Part shown: positions 1-8,299 of the stretch, piece by piece
Position numbering within the stretch: the stretch's first letter is position 1
Layout: every line of letters begins with the position of its first letter
Origin: an uncultured Candidatus Saccharibacteria bacterium
GTDB taxonomy: Bacteria; Patescibacteriota; Minisyncoccia; Portnoybacterales; GWB1-42-6
Length of the DNA: 40,444 nt
Direction: 5' to 3'
Assembly (NCBI GenBank): GCA_964388895.1
Contig: CAYMCB010000001.1
Coordinates: 1 to 40,444, forward strand
The notes under the pieces: generated by a model
What the model was told of the DNA's origin: nothing
The model's input: the letters and a program-made list of their open reading frames with translations, nothing else
The model's database searches: none
Made by a program: the position numbers and the translations under genes

Positions 1-2
1 TT

Positions 3-923
3 TTACGACGACCGCAAATTAATCTTGACCAAGAAATTAATCTGCTAGAAAAACAAAACATAAGAATAATAACCTTCCTAGACGACAGTTACCCTCATCT
101 TTTAAAAGAAATATATGATCCACCTTATATAATGTATATCAAGGGGCAATTAAAACCCGAAGATGAATTTGCTATTGCTATTGTTGGGACAAGACGAGTA
201 TCTCCTTATGGCCAGCAGGTTACAGAAAAATTAGCTCAAGATTTATCGCAGGCTGGTTTAACTATTATCTCGGGATTAGCCAGAGGTATAGACACGCTGG
301 CGCATTTAGCCGCTATAAAACAAAAGAAAAGAACAATTGCGGTAGTTGGTTCTTCTCTTGATTATCAAAGTTTATTTCCCCCAGCAAACAGAAAACTTGC
401 CGAACAAATCGTTCAAAATGGCGCTATACTTTCTGAATACCCTTTAGGATCATTCGCTTTAAAACATCACTTCCCTGCTCGCAATAGAATAATCAGCGGG
501 TTATCTTTGGGCACATTAGTTATAGAAGCGCCAGAAAAGTCAGGAGCTATTATTACCGCAAATCACGCCTTAAAACAAAATCGCGAAGTTTTTGCTGTCC
601 CAGGCTCAATCTACAATCCTAACTCTGTCGGGCCTAACTTACTTATCAAAGCTGGCGCTAAAATGGTAATGTCTGCCCAAGATGTTCTTGAAGAATTAAA
701 TCTTAAAAATTTGACCCAAAATATCGTTGCGCAGCAAACCATTGCTGAAACGCCTGAAGAAGAAATTATTCTTAAAAATCTTTCTCATGAACCTCTATCT
801 GTTGACAAAATAATTCAATTAACTAAACTAAACGCGGCTCAAGCTAACGCTACTTTAAGCTTGATGGAAATGAAGGGTTTAGTAAAAAATATTGGCGGCA
901 TGCAATATGTTTTAGCAAGATAA
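3..923 (+). CDS. dprA: DNA-processing protein DprA (Smf), 5'-truncated by the window edge
   Basis: The frame is open from nt 3: LRRPQINLDQEINLLEKQNIRIITFLDDSYPHLLKEIYDPPYI precedes the listed Met at 132. DprA core motifs are present (IVGTRRVSPYG, GLARGIDTLAH, FPARNRIISGLS, VIEAPEKSGA), followed by a C-terminal winged-helix-like tail. dprA-topA synteny is conserved. Confidence 0.9.
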   Translation, partial: LRRPQINLDQEINLLEKQNIRIITFLDDSYPHLLKEIYDPPYIMYIKGQLKPEDEFAIAIVGTRRVSPYGQQVTEKLAQDLSQAGLTIISGLARGIDTLAHLAAIKQKKRTIAVVGSSLDYQSLFPPANRKLAEQIVQNGAILSEYPLGSFALKHHFPARNRIISGLSLGTLVIEAPEKSGAIITANHALKQNREVFAVPGSIYNPNSVGPNLLIKAGAKMVMSAQDVLEELNLKNLTQNIVAQQTIAETPEEEIILKNLSHEPLSVDKIIQLTKLNAAQANATLSLMEMKGLVKNIGGMQYVLAR

Positions 924-992
924 ATTTCAACATTTCAATTTTATAAATAAAAAGTTACTTAGTTTACTAACTTAAAAATAATAAAATTTCCC

Positions 993-3140
993 ATGAATCT
1001 TGTTATAGTAGAATCTCCCACCAAAGCCAAAACAATCCAGCATTTTTTGCCGGCTAATTTTTTAGTGAAATCTTCTTACGGGCATGTGCGCGACTTACCT
1101 AAAAAAAATCTTGGCGTTGATGTAGAAAATAATTTTGAACCTAAATATGTTGTGCCGCTTCTGGCGCGCAAGCGTTTAAATGAAATCAAAAAGATTCTAC
1201 CCAAAACCGAAAAAATAATTTTAGCCAGCGACGAAGACCGTGAAGGAGAAGCTATTGCTTGGCATCTCACCCAAGCTCTAAAAATTAATCCAGAAAAAAC
1301 CCAACGCATTGTTTTCCACGAAATTACCGAAAAAGCTATCAAAGAAGCGCTAAAAAATCCTAGAAAAATTGATATGAATTTAGTTAACGCTCAACAGGCG
1401 CGCCGCATTTTAGATCGTCTAGTCGGCTACGAGCTTTCGCCTTTTTTATGGCAAAAAGTTGCTAGAGGTCTTTCTGCTGGACGCGTCCAATCAGTCGCCG
1501 TAAGATTAATTGTAGAAAGAGAAAGAGAAATCCAAAAATTTAAACCAGAAGAATACTGGACAATTGAAGCCCTGCTAAAGAAACAAGAATTCTTAAATCC
1601 TAATAATCAAAACCAGGAAACGGAATTTTTAGCTCAGCTTATAAAACATAATGATAAAACTCTTTCAAAACTAGAAATCAAAAATCAATCTGAGGCTCAA
1701 AAAATAGTTGATTCCTTAAAAAATGCTAACTGGCAAGTATCAAATGTAAACCAAAAAGAAATTAGAAGAATACCGTCTCCTCCTTTTACTACTAGCACCC
1801 TGCAACAAGAAGCGGCTAACAAACTTCATTTCTCCGCTAAACAAACAATGCAAATTGCTCAACAACTTTATGAAGGTATTAACTTAGGGTCAAAAGGCGC
1901 AGTCGGTCTTATCACTTATATGCGCACAGATTCTCTGCATATTGCAGAAGAAGCGCTCTCTTCAATCAGTGTCTATATTAAAAATAGATTTGGGAAAGAA
2001 TACTTGCCAGATAAATTACGTGTTTTCAAAAATAAATCCAAAGGCGCTCAAGAAGCTCACGAAGCTATTCGGCCTACCAATATTGAACTCGAGCCAGAAA
2101 AAATTGAAAAATATCTTACTCCGCATCAATTTAAACTCTATCGCCTTATTTGGCAAAGAACAATTGCTTGCCAAATGAGCGATGCTATAATTGACTCTTT
2201 GACGATTGATATTGTGGCCAATATTGATATTGTGGCCAATCAAGAGAAAGAAACTTATACTTTCCGCGCCAATGGCTCAAGGATAAAATTTGATGGCTTC
2301 CTAAAAATTGGCAGCGCTAAAATCACAGAAAATCTTCTACCGCCTCTTAAAGAAAAAGAAAATTTAAAATTAGTAAAACTTATTCCTGCTCAACATTTTA
2401 CTCAACCGCCAGCGCGTTTTAGTGAAGCCACTTTAATTAAAATCTTAGAAGCAGAAGGCATTGGCCGACCATCAACTTACGCTCCTATTATCTCTACTAT
2501 CCAAGAGCGAAATTATGTCCAAAAAAACTCCGAAAAAAAATTTATCCCTACTGACATCGGTTTTGCGGTTAATGATCTTTTAGTAGAACATTTTCCACAA
2601 ATAGTTGATATAAAATTTACAGCGCATATTGAAAAAGATTTTGACGCTATTGCTAAAGGAGAAATTACTTGGACAGAAGTCTTAAAAGAATTTTATAATC
2701 CTTTCAAAAGTAATTTAGAACAAAAATATCTTGAGGTTAAAAAACAAAAAAAAGAACCTCAGACAACTGAAGAGAAATGCCCACAATGTAACTCTCCCTT
2801 GCTTATTCGCACTAGTCGCTTTGGACAATTTTACGCTTGCTCTGCCTTCCCTAAATGCCGCTACACAAAAAATATCGAGATCTCTAATAATAAAGGAAAT
2901 TTAAACCTCGCCTGTCCTAAATGCTTAAGTGGCGACATTGTTGTTAAAAAAACTAAAAGCGGTAAAATCTTTTATGGATGTTCCCGCTGGCCGGAATGTG
3001 ATTTCGCTTCTTGGCATAAACCTAATGGTCAAAAATGCCCTCTTTGCGGCCATCCTCTTACAGAAACAGAAAAAAATATAGTTTGCTCAAATAAAATTTG
3101 CCACTTTAAAGAAAATAAAAAAAATAATTATGCCGCCTGA
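993..3140 (+). CDS. topA: DNA topoisomerase I (type IA) with three C-terminal C4 zinc ribbons
   Basis: Toprim N-terminus (LVIVESPTKAKTI, ASDEDREGEAIAWH). Active-site region GLITYMRTDS. C-terminal CPQC...CSAFPKC, CPKC...CSRWPEC and CPLC...CSNKIC. Confidence 0.95.
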   Translation: MNLVIVESPTKAKTIQHFLPANFLVKSSYGHVRDLPKKNLGVDVENNFEPKYVVPLLARKRLNEIKKILPKTEKIILASDEDREGEAIAWHLTQALKINPEKTQRIVFHEITEKAIKEALKNPRKIDMNLVNAQQARRILDRLVGYELSPFLWQKVARGLSAGRVQSVAVRLIVEREREIQKFKPEEYWTIEALLKKQEFLNPNNQNQETEFLAQLIKHNDKTLSKLEIKNQSEAQKIVDSLKNANWQVSNVNQKEIRRIPSPPFTTSTLQQEAANKLHFSAKQTMQIAQQLYEGINLGSKGAVGLITYMRTDSLHIAEEALSSISVYIKNRFGKEYLPDKLRVFKNKSKGAQEAHEAIRPTNIELEPEKIEKYLTPHQFKLYRLIWQRTIACQMSDAIIDSLTIDIVANIDIVANQEKETYTFRANGSRIKFDGFLKIGSAKITENLLPPLKEKENLKLVKLIPAQHFTQPPARFSEATLIKILEAEGIGRPSTYAPIISTIQERNYVQKNSEKKFIPTDIGFAVNDLLVEHFPQIVDIKFTAHIEKDFDAIAKGEITWTEVLKEFYNPFKSNLEQKYLEVKKQKKEPQTTEEKCPQCNSPLLIRTSRFGQFYACSAFPKCRYTKNIEISNNKGNLNLACPKCLSGDIVVKKTKSGKIFYGCSRWPECDFASWHKPNGQKCPLCGHPLTETEKNIVCSNKICHFKENKKNNYAA
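2205..2240 (+). repeat. Perfect 18-bp tandem duplication inside topA (attgatattgtggccaat x2), in frame (IDIVAN-IDIVAN)
   Basis: Hand-checked: 2205..2222 is identical to 2223..2240. Confidence 0.9.
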
Positions 3141-4920
3141 AGACTATCTTCAAAAATTGATTTCTTACTGTCGACAAAATCAAAAATTTAGCGAAGCAGA
3201 AAAAGATAAAAACAGCGAACTTATCCAAAAGGCTTTTAATTTTGCTATGAAAGCTCATCAAGGTCAAAAAAGACTATCGGGCGAAGACTATATTTTTCAC
3301 TGCTTAGCAGCGGCAGAAATTGTTATTGACTTAAAAGTCGATTGTCAAACTATTACGGCAACCATAATGCATGATGTTTTGGATGGCAAAGATGGTTCTT
3401 CTGCTGAATACTGGGAAAAAGAATTAAAAAAAGAATTTGATAAAGAGATTGTCAATTTAGTCAAAGCAGTAACAAAAGTCGGAAAAATAAAATATCGTGG
3501 CATCGAAAGAGCAGTAGAAAATTTAAGAAAAATGTTTTTGGCTACGGCTGAAGACATTAGGGTTGTTTTAATTAAATTAGCTGATCGCCTCCATAACATG
3601 AGGACGCTTTCGGCTCAACCGCCAGAAAAACAAAAACGTATTGCCTTAGAAACATTAGAAATTTTTGCCCCCTTAGCCGACCGTCTGGGCATCGGCAAAA
3701 TAAAAAGAGAACTAGAAGACTTATCTTTTAAATATTTAATGCCGGGCGAATTTAATTGGCTTATTAATCAAGTCCAGGATCAATACGAACAGAGAGAAAA
3801 ATATCTAGAGAAGATCATACCCATAGTCAAAAAAGAGCTCCAAAAAGACGGAATTAATCCTTTAGAGATTCATTGGCGAGCTAAAAATTATTATAGTCTT
3901 TATCGGAAACTTAAACGTTACGAAATGAATTTAAGTCGTATCTATGATCTAGTAGCGTTACGTATTATTGTGCCCACAATTGAAGATTGTTATGCTGCCT
4001 TAGGCGTCATCCACAAAACCTGGCGGCCTTTGCCAGGAAGAGTTAAAGACTATATTGCCCTACCAAAACCTAATGGTTATCAATCATTACATACCACGGT
4101 CTTTTGTGATGATGGCAAAATTACTGAATTTCAAATCAGAACTCCTCAAATGCACGAGGAAGCAGAACGAGGAATAGCTGCTCATTGGTTTTATTCGGAA
4201 CAAAAAGGGCTAAAATCTTATATCAAAAAATTATTTAAACCAGCTCCCCAAAAAGAAATTATCTGGATAAAACAACTTCAAGAATGGCAAAAAGAAAATC
4301 AAACTTCTCCTGAAGAATTTTTCCGCTCTTTAAAAATTGATTTTTTCAAAGATAGAATATTTGTCTTCACGCCCAAAGGCGATGTAATTGATTTACCAGA
4401 AGGCGCTACTCCTGTTGACTTTGCTTTTTCTATTCATTCTGATATTGGCCGACACTGCCAAGGAGCAAAAGTTGATGGTAAACTTGTTGCTCTAGATACG
4501 CCGCTCCAAAACGGGCAAGTAGTTGAAATTATTACCAATAAAAATGCTCGGCCTAATCATGACTGGCTAAAATTTGTCAAAACACATCAAGCGCAAAATA
4601 GAATTCGCCAATGGTTAAATAAAAACAAAGAAGAATTATGGGAAGAAAGGCCAAAAAAAGAAATACAAGTTAAAACTGCCGAACCGCCAAAAATTATTAC
4701 TCCTCCCTATTCTAAAATCTTAAAAGCAGAAGTAGAAATCGCTGGTGATCCTAAAATTTCGACTCAGCTGGGCAAATGTTGTTCCCCAAAGCCGCCTGAT
4801 GCTATCTGCGGTTATATTACTTTAAATCAACGCATTACTATTCATCGCTGCGATTGTAAAAATCTCAAAAAACTAAAAGATCAAACACGTTTTATTCAGG
4901 CTAATTGGAAAACTGATTAA
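3130..4920 (+). CDS. rel: Bifunctional (p)ppGpp synthetase/hydrolase, long RelA/SpoT homologue (HD + synthetase + TGS + Cys-rich domain, apparently no ACT/RRM tail)
   Basis: HD hydrolase motif (HQGQKRLSGEDYIFHCL...MHDVLD). Synthetase motifs (YRKLKRYEM, DLVALRIIV, DYIALPKPNGYQSLHTTV). TGS domain (IFVFTPKGDVIDLPEGATPVDFAFSIHSDIG). The start overlaps the topA stop by 11 nt. Confidence 0.9.
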   Translation: MPPEDYLQKLISYCRQNQKFSEAEKDKNSELIQKAFNFAMKAHQGQKRLSGEDYIFHCLAAAEIVIDLKVDCQTITATIMHDVLDGKDGSSAEYWEKELKKEFDKEIVNLVKAVTKVGKIKYRGIERAVENLRKMFLATAEDIRVVLIKLADRLHNMRTLSAQPPEKQKRIALETLEIFAPLADRLGIGKIKRELEDLSFKYLMPGEFNWLINQVQDQYEQREKYLEKIIPIVKKELQKDGINPLEIHWRAKNYYSLYRKLKRYEMNLSRIYDLVALRIIVPTIEDCYAALGVIHKTWRPLPGRVKDYIALPKPNGYQSLHTTVFCDDGKITEFQIRTPQMHEEAERGIAAHWFYSEQKGLKSYIKKLFKPAPQKEIIWIKQLQEWQKENQTSPEEFFRSLKIDFFKDRIFVFTPKGDVIDLPEGATPVDFAFSIHSDIGRHCQGAKVDGKLVALDTPLQNGQVVEIITNKNARPNHDWLKFVKTHQAQNRIRQWLNKNKEELWEERPKKEIQVKTAEPPKIITPPYSKILKAEVEIAGDPKISTQLGKCCSPKPPDAICGYITLNQRITIHRCDCKNLKKLKDQTRFIQANWKTD

Positions 4921-4950
4921 AAAATCGCCTGGCAAAAGCTAGGCGATTTT
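4921..4950. terminator. Bidirectional intrinsic terminator between convergent rel and parB
   Basis: aaaatcgcct (4921..4930) is the exact reverse complement of aggcgatttt (4941..4950). A/T runs lie on both flanks. Confidence 0.7.
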
Positions 4951-4981
4951 ATGTTTTTCAATTTATTTCTAATTTAAACTC

Positions 4982-5884
4982 TTATCTCTCCTTTAAAAAA
5001 AGTTTCTCTACTATCTTCTCTAAATCTTTTTTATTTTCAAACTCAATGACAATTTTCCCTCCCAATCCGCTTTTTTTTACTGAAACCTTACGATTGAAAA
5101 AAGAAATCAAACGCTGAGTCATTTCTTTAATTTCCGGGTCAAATAAGACTCGCCTTTTATGGGCCTGAACATAAACTTCCCGCGCCCGCTGTTCAATTTG
5201 GCGCACCGACAAATTATTTTCCTGCACTTCTTTAAATAAAGCCTGCTGAGCTGCAGGATTTTTCACACCAGCAATGGCACGAGCATGACCCTCAGAAATT
5301 TTTCCGGCTCTTAAAGCATCTTGAATGTTTTGAGGTAAATTAAGAAGACGTAAAGAGTTAGAAACAAATTCACGGCTTTTACCAACCTTCTTTGCCACCT
5401 CTTCGTGCGTTAAATCAAATTCTTCAGCTAATTTTTTAAAAGCCATAGCTCGATCAATCGCATTTAAATCGTCACGTTGAATATTTTCCACTAAAGCTAA
5501 TTCCAATTTTTGTTGTTGAGTAGCATCACGAATAATGGCCGGTACTAAACGCAGACCGCTTAATTTTGCCGCTGCCAAACGCCGATGGCCAGCGACTAGC
5601 TGATATTCCACTTCTTGGCCATAACTTGTTTCCTTAATAATTTTAGTCAAAATCAACGGTTGCAGAATCCCGTGCTGTTTGATTGAATGAGCTAATTCTT
5701 TTAAAGAAGCTTCTTCCATCGAAGTTCGAGGCTGGAAGGGATTATCTTTTATTTTTTCAACCTCAATATCAAAAACACTCTCTTTTTTTTCACGCAGAGG
5801 TTGAGAAATTTTTGGATACTTAACTTCTGTTGCTTTTTGTTTAGGAGGAATTAAAGACTGAAGGCCTTTGCCAAGTTTGTTCAT
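4982..5884 (-). CDS. parB: Chromosome partitioning protein ParB/Spo0J
   Basis: N-terminal GKGLQSLIP, ParB box GILQPLIL and LVAGHRRLAAAKLSG, HTH region THEEVAKKVGKSREFVSNSLRLL. Confidence 0.9.
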   Translation of the reverse strand: MNKLGKGLQSLIPPKQKATEVKYPKISQPLREKKESVFDIEVEKIKDNPFQPRTSMEEASLKELAHSIKQHGILQPLILTKIIKETSYGQEVEYQLVAGHRRLAAAKLSGLRLVPAIIRDATQQQKLELALVENIQRDDLNAIDRAMAFKKLAEEFDLTHEEVAKKVGKSREFVSNSLRLLNLPQNIQDALRAGKISEGHARAIAGVKNPAAQQALFKEVQENNLSVRQIEQRAREVYVQAHKRRVLFDPEIKEMTQRLISFFNRKVSVKKSGLGGKIVIEFENKKDLEKIVEKLFLKER

Positions 5885-5902
5885 ATTTTTCTTTTTTTAT
5901 TT

Positions 5903-6676
5903 TTACAAATTGTCCCTATCTAATTTTATCACTTCTTCGGCTAATTGACGATAAGCACGGGCACCGGGCGATGTTATATCATATTGCAAAATAGTTTTTC
6001 CGAAACTCGGTGCTTCTGCTAGTTTTACACAACGTGGAATTTCGGTCGCAAAAACGTAACCAGGAAAATGCAAACGAACTTCTTTGGCTACTTGTCTGGC
6101 AAGCTTATTACGCTTATCATACATAGTTAAAAGCGCGCCTTTAATTTTTAAATCACGCCCTAAATTATCCTGAATTAAATTTATAGTCTTAAGCAGCTGC
6201 CCTAATCCTTCTAAAGCATAATATTCACTCTGCACAGGCACAATCACTTCATCAGCTGCCGTTAAACCATTAATAGTCAAAAGGCCTAAACTCGGAGGAC
6301 AATCAATTAAGATATAATCATAATTTATCCGTAAATAGTTCAAAAGATTATAAAGTTTGAATTCCCGTTCTGGCAAATTTACTAACTCAATAGCCGCACC
6401 AGCTAAATCAGCTCCAGCAGGCATAAGATCATAACCAAAAAGATTAGTTCTTTTAATTGTCTCCGCAGGATGAATTTCGCTAATTAAACTATGATATAAA
6501 TTTTTATCTAAACTTTCTGGTTCAAAACCTAAACCGCTAGTAGCGTTTGCTTGGGGATCTAAATCTACTAATAAAACATACTTGCCTAAAGCCGCCAAAA
6601 AAGCCGCCAAATTTGTTGCTGTCGTTGTTTTCCCTGTCCCCCCTTTTTGATTAACTATACTAATAATTTTTGCCAT
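5903..6676 (-). CDS. parA: Chromosome partitioning ATPase ParA/Soj. Start moved to the internal Met; the listed ORF extends to 6754.
   Basis: MAKIISIVNQKGGTGKTT is the canonical deviant Walker A N-terminus. The ATG is at 6674..6676 on the minus strand. The 26-codon upstream extension runs through the tRNA-Leu promoter and has no ParA counterpart. Confidence 0.9.
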   Translation of the reverse strand: MAKIISIVNQKGGTGKTTTATNLAAFLAALGKYVLLVDLDPQANATSGLGFEPESLDKNLYHSLISEIHPAETIKRTNLFGYDLMPAGADLAGAAIELVNLPEREFKLYNLLNYLRINYDYILIDCPPSLGLLTINGLTAADEVIVPVQSEYYALEGLGQLLKTINLIQDNLGRDLKIKGALLTMYDKRNKLARQVAKEVRLHFPGYVFATEIPRCVKLAEAPSFGKTILQYDITSPGARAYRQLAEEVIKLDRDNL

Positions 6677-6734
6677 TCTAAATTTAAGTTTTATTTTCTT
6701 TTCTAGCTTCTTATATTTTACACTAAAAATTAAA

Positions 6735-6764
6735 TTGACAAAAGAGAAAAACAAAGACTAAAAT
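6735..6764 (+). promoter_or_regulatory. Sigma-70-type promoter for tRNA-Leu (TTGACA-18 nt-TAAAAT)
   Basis: TTGACA at 6735..6740 and TAAAAT at 6759..6764. The -10 element ends 8 nt before the mature tRNA 5' end. Confidence 0.55.
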
Positions 6765-6772
6765 TAATTAGC

Positions 6773-6857
6773 GCCCGAGTGGTGAAATTGGCAAACACGT
6801 GCGACTCAAAATCGCATGCCGCAAGGCTTGAGAGTTCGAGTCTCTCCTCGGGCACCA
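6773..6857 (+). tRNA. tRNA-Leu(CAA), class II with long variable arm, CCA encoded
   Basis: Acceptor GCCCGAG/CTCGGGC. Anticodon stem TGCGA/TCGCA with loop CTCAAAA (anticodon CAA). Long variable arm. T arm GAGAG-TTCGAGT-CTCTC. Discriminator A plus CCA. Confidence 0.93.
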
Positions 6858-7448
6858 GCGAGGAATTGTCAATGTCGCTTCGCCCGCTTCGGCGGGCTCG
6901 GCGACTAAATTATAGGGAATTTTGGGCAAAAATCAATCCTTTGGCGGTTTTACAAAATGTGTGGTTCGAGCCGATATTTTCCCGGCTCTTTGGCAGTTTT
7001 TAAAGTTCGCGGCGAACCCCGCTTGACGGGGCGAGCCGCACAATTCAGGCAAACGAATCTTTACCGCCGCAAGCGGCAAAAAATGTTCGGACTATTTTCA
7101 GAATAGAGCGCCAAGATAAAACTTCTCAGCTTTTTTAAAGACAAATCGTGAACAGCGCAAAGCCGGCGATAAAGAGATTTTATGGCAGTTGTTTAATCTT
7201 ATAAAACCTTGCTAAGACAGGTTCGGGGTGGCTACATAAATACACTCATAGTTTCAGAATGAGTCTTACTTTACTAACTAGAGAAATTAAGGGAAAATTG
7301 GTTTCCCCTTATTCTCATATTCTCAGGCAGCATTTTCCCCGCCTACAAACTTCAACTTCTGGATTTTCCTTCTTGGATTTGTGGATTAAATTTACAGAAT
7401 AATAGGAAAAATTTGCTCCTTAACTCCTTAAGTTAAAGTTATTTTCAA
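6858..7448 (+). ncRNA. Candidate large structured non-coding RNA (unclassified) immediately 3' of tRNA-Leu. Strand and ends are tentative.
   Basis: There is no credible ORF on either strand. Local G+C is about 55% (hand count 67/120 over 6961..7080) versus about 30% in the valS lines I counted. Several GC-rich hairpins are present, including a cUUCGg tetraloop (6887..6892). No terminator separates it from the tRNA. It is bounded by the terminator at 7455..7484. Confidence 0.45.
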
Positions 7449-7454
7449 AAAAAC

Positions 7455-7484
7455 AAAAAACGCCTCAAACTTGAGGCGTTTTTT
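7455..7484. terminator. Bidirectional intrinsic terminator (end of hsp20 on the minus strand, end of the tRNA-Leu/ncRNA unit on the plus strand)
   Basis: aaaaaacgcctcaa (7455..7468) is the reverse complement of ttgaggcgtttttt (7471..7484). The stem has a GC core and A/T runs flank both sides. Confidence 0.75.
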
Positions 7485-7489
7485 GTTTT

Positions 7490-7987
7490 TTACTCTGATT
7501 TTACCTGAACCTTCCTTTTTTGCTCAGAAGGTTGTTTTTTGAGAACTATGGTTATAACACCGTTTTTAGCTTTAGCCTCTACAGAATCCGGATCAATTTT
7601 AGACGGAAGAACAAATTAACGGGAAAAATTGCCTATTTGCCTTTCTATGCGATAAAAATTTTCTTCTTTTTCCTCTTCGGATTTTTCAATAGCGCCCGAC
7701 AAAACAAGCAAATCTTCTATAACTTCGATATTTATCTTATCAGGATCAATGCCAGGCATATCCGCACGAACCTTAATTTCATTATCCGTTTCGGAAATGT
7801 CTACCCGAGGCATAAAATTAGACAATCCCCGTCCCCGTCCTCTTTCCAATAATCCAAAAGGCGACCAAAAACTCTCATCAAACAACCTATCTATCGCCTC
7901 TCTCAAAGAGAGAACACCGCTAAAAGGATCCCACAAAGTCGGTAAATCAGAGCTTTTCCTACTCTCGTTTCTTTTAATGATCTTCAT
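7490..7987 (-). pseudogene. Hsp20/alpha-crystallin small heat-shock protein interrupted by one in-frame TAA (7616..7618). The listed ORF 7616..7987 is the N-terminal 123 codons.
   Basis: Same-frame read-through gives ...YRIERQIGNFSR*FVLPSKIDPDSVEAKAKNGVITIVLKKQPSEQKRKVQVKSE*. This completes the G-x-F-x-R-x-F-x-LP...A-x-x-x-NGV-x-x-I-x-L-K-K signature and a C-terminal V-x-V (IXI-type) motif. The second stop is at 7490..7492. Confidence 0.8.
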
Positions 7988-8232
7988 AAGTTTACCAGAA
8001 GCCTCGCTGAAACGTCCCAGCTTTGACTTACTGTCCCATTAATAATTATTTAAAAAGATTAAATTTTATCAAAAAATCTAAAATATATTTGTTTTGAATA
8101 AATTTTTAAATCCAAAACATTCAAAACTTACGAAATAAAAATTTCGTTTTCCTCGACGTATCTAAAAAGATACCTCGTTAACTCACCCTATAGTTATTAA
8201 ATTTTTAAAGAACTGAAAATCAAAAAATTTAA

Positions 8233-8299
8233 AAAGCATCAAAATCTGTTTTTAATGCTTCGGCAATAATTATCTTAAAAAAGCAGTTTTTGATGCTTT
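8233..8299 (-). terminator. Long hairpin plus U-run downstream of htrA (probable terminator)
   Basis: aaagcatcaaaatctg (8233..8248) pairs with cagtttttgatgcttt (8284..8299): 15 bp with 1 mismatch and a 35-nt loop. On the minus strand it is followed by taaatttttt. Confidence 0.45.

Noticed and set aside
6677-6754. 26-codon N-terminal extension of ParA in the listed ORF
   Set aside because: The canonical ParA N-terminus MAKIISIVNQKGGTGKTT begins at the internal ATG (6676). The extension overlaps the divergent tRNA-Leu promoter.
6779-7003. Listed 74-aa ORF on the + strand
   Set aside because: It starts at a GTG inside tRNA-Leu and runs through GC-rich hairpins. Its composition is low-complexity Ser/Arg/Leu, with no SD and no recognisable domain. 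It is an artefact of the G+C-rich RNA region.
7225-7235. T-box-like GGGGTGGCTAC
   Set aside because: It resembles only part of the T-box consensus (GGGUGGNACCGCG) and lacks ACCGCG. No aaRS gene lies downstream on that strand.
7380-7388. DnaA-box-like TGTGGATTA next to parAB (possible oriC)
   Set aside because: It is a single imperfect box with no cluster and no dnaA. The region is dominated by GC-rich hairpins rather than an AT-rich unwinding element flanked by box arrays.
6858-7448. Known RNA families for the tRNA-linked region: RNase P RNA, SRP/4.5S, 5S, group II domain V
   Set aside because: - RNase P, + strand: GAGGAA (6860) and ACAGAA (7394) occur, but GAGGAA lies 3 nt after the tRNA with no room for P1-P3, and the P4 strands do not pair.
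- RNase P, - strand: a GAAGGAAAAUCC element lacks any ACAGAA partner.
- SRP: no GGAA/AGCAGC helix-8 motif.
- 5S: no CCGAAC...GAGAGUAGG pattern.
- Group II domain V: no domain-V-like 34-mer.
7520-8042. Listed + strand ORFs 7520..7852 and 7749..8042
   Set aside because: They are antisense to the clearly recognisable hsp20 frame, low-complexity and without motifs.
7988-8200. RNA thermometer or CIRCE element upstream of hsp20 (hairpins acgaaat-aaaa-atttcgt at ~8130..8147 and cgacgtatc/gatacctcg at ~8154..8177)
   Set aside because: The hairpins lie more than 140 nt upstream of the ATG and do not sequester the start region. There is no TTAGCACTC-N9-GAGTGCTAA match. Pairings near the AUG are only 4 bp.
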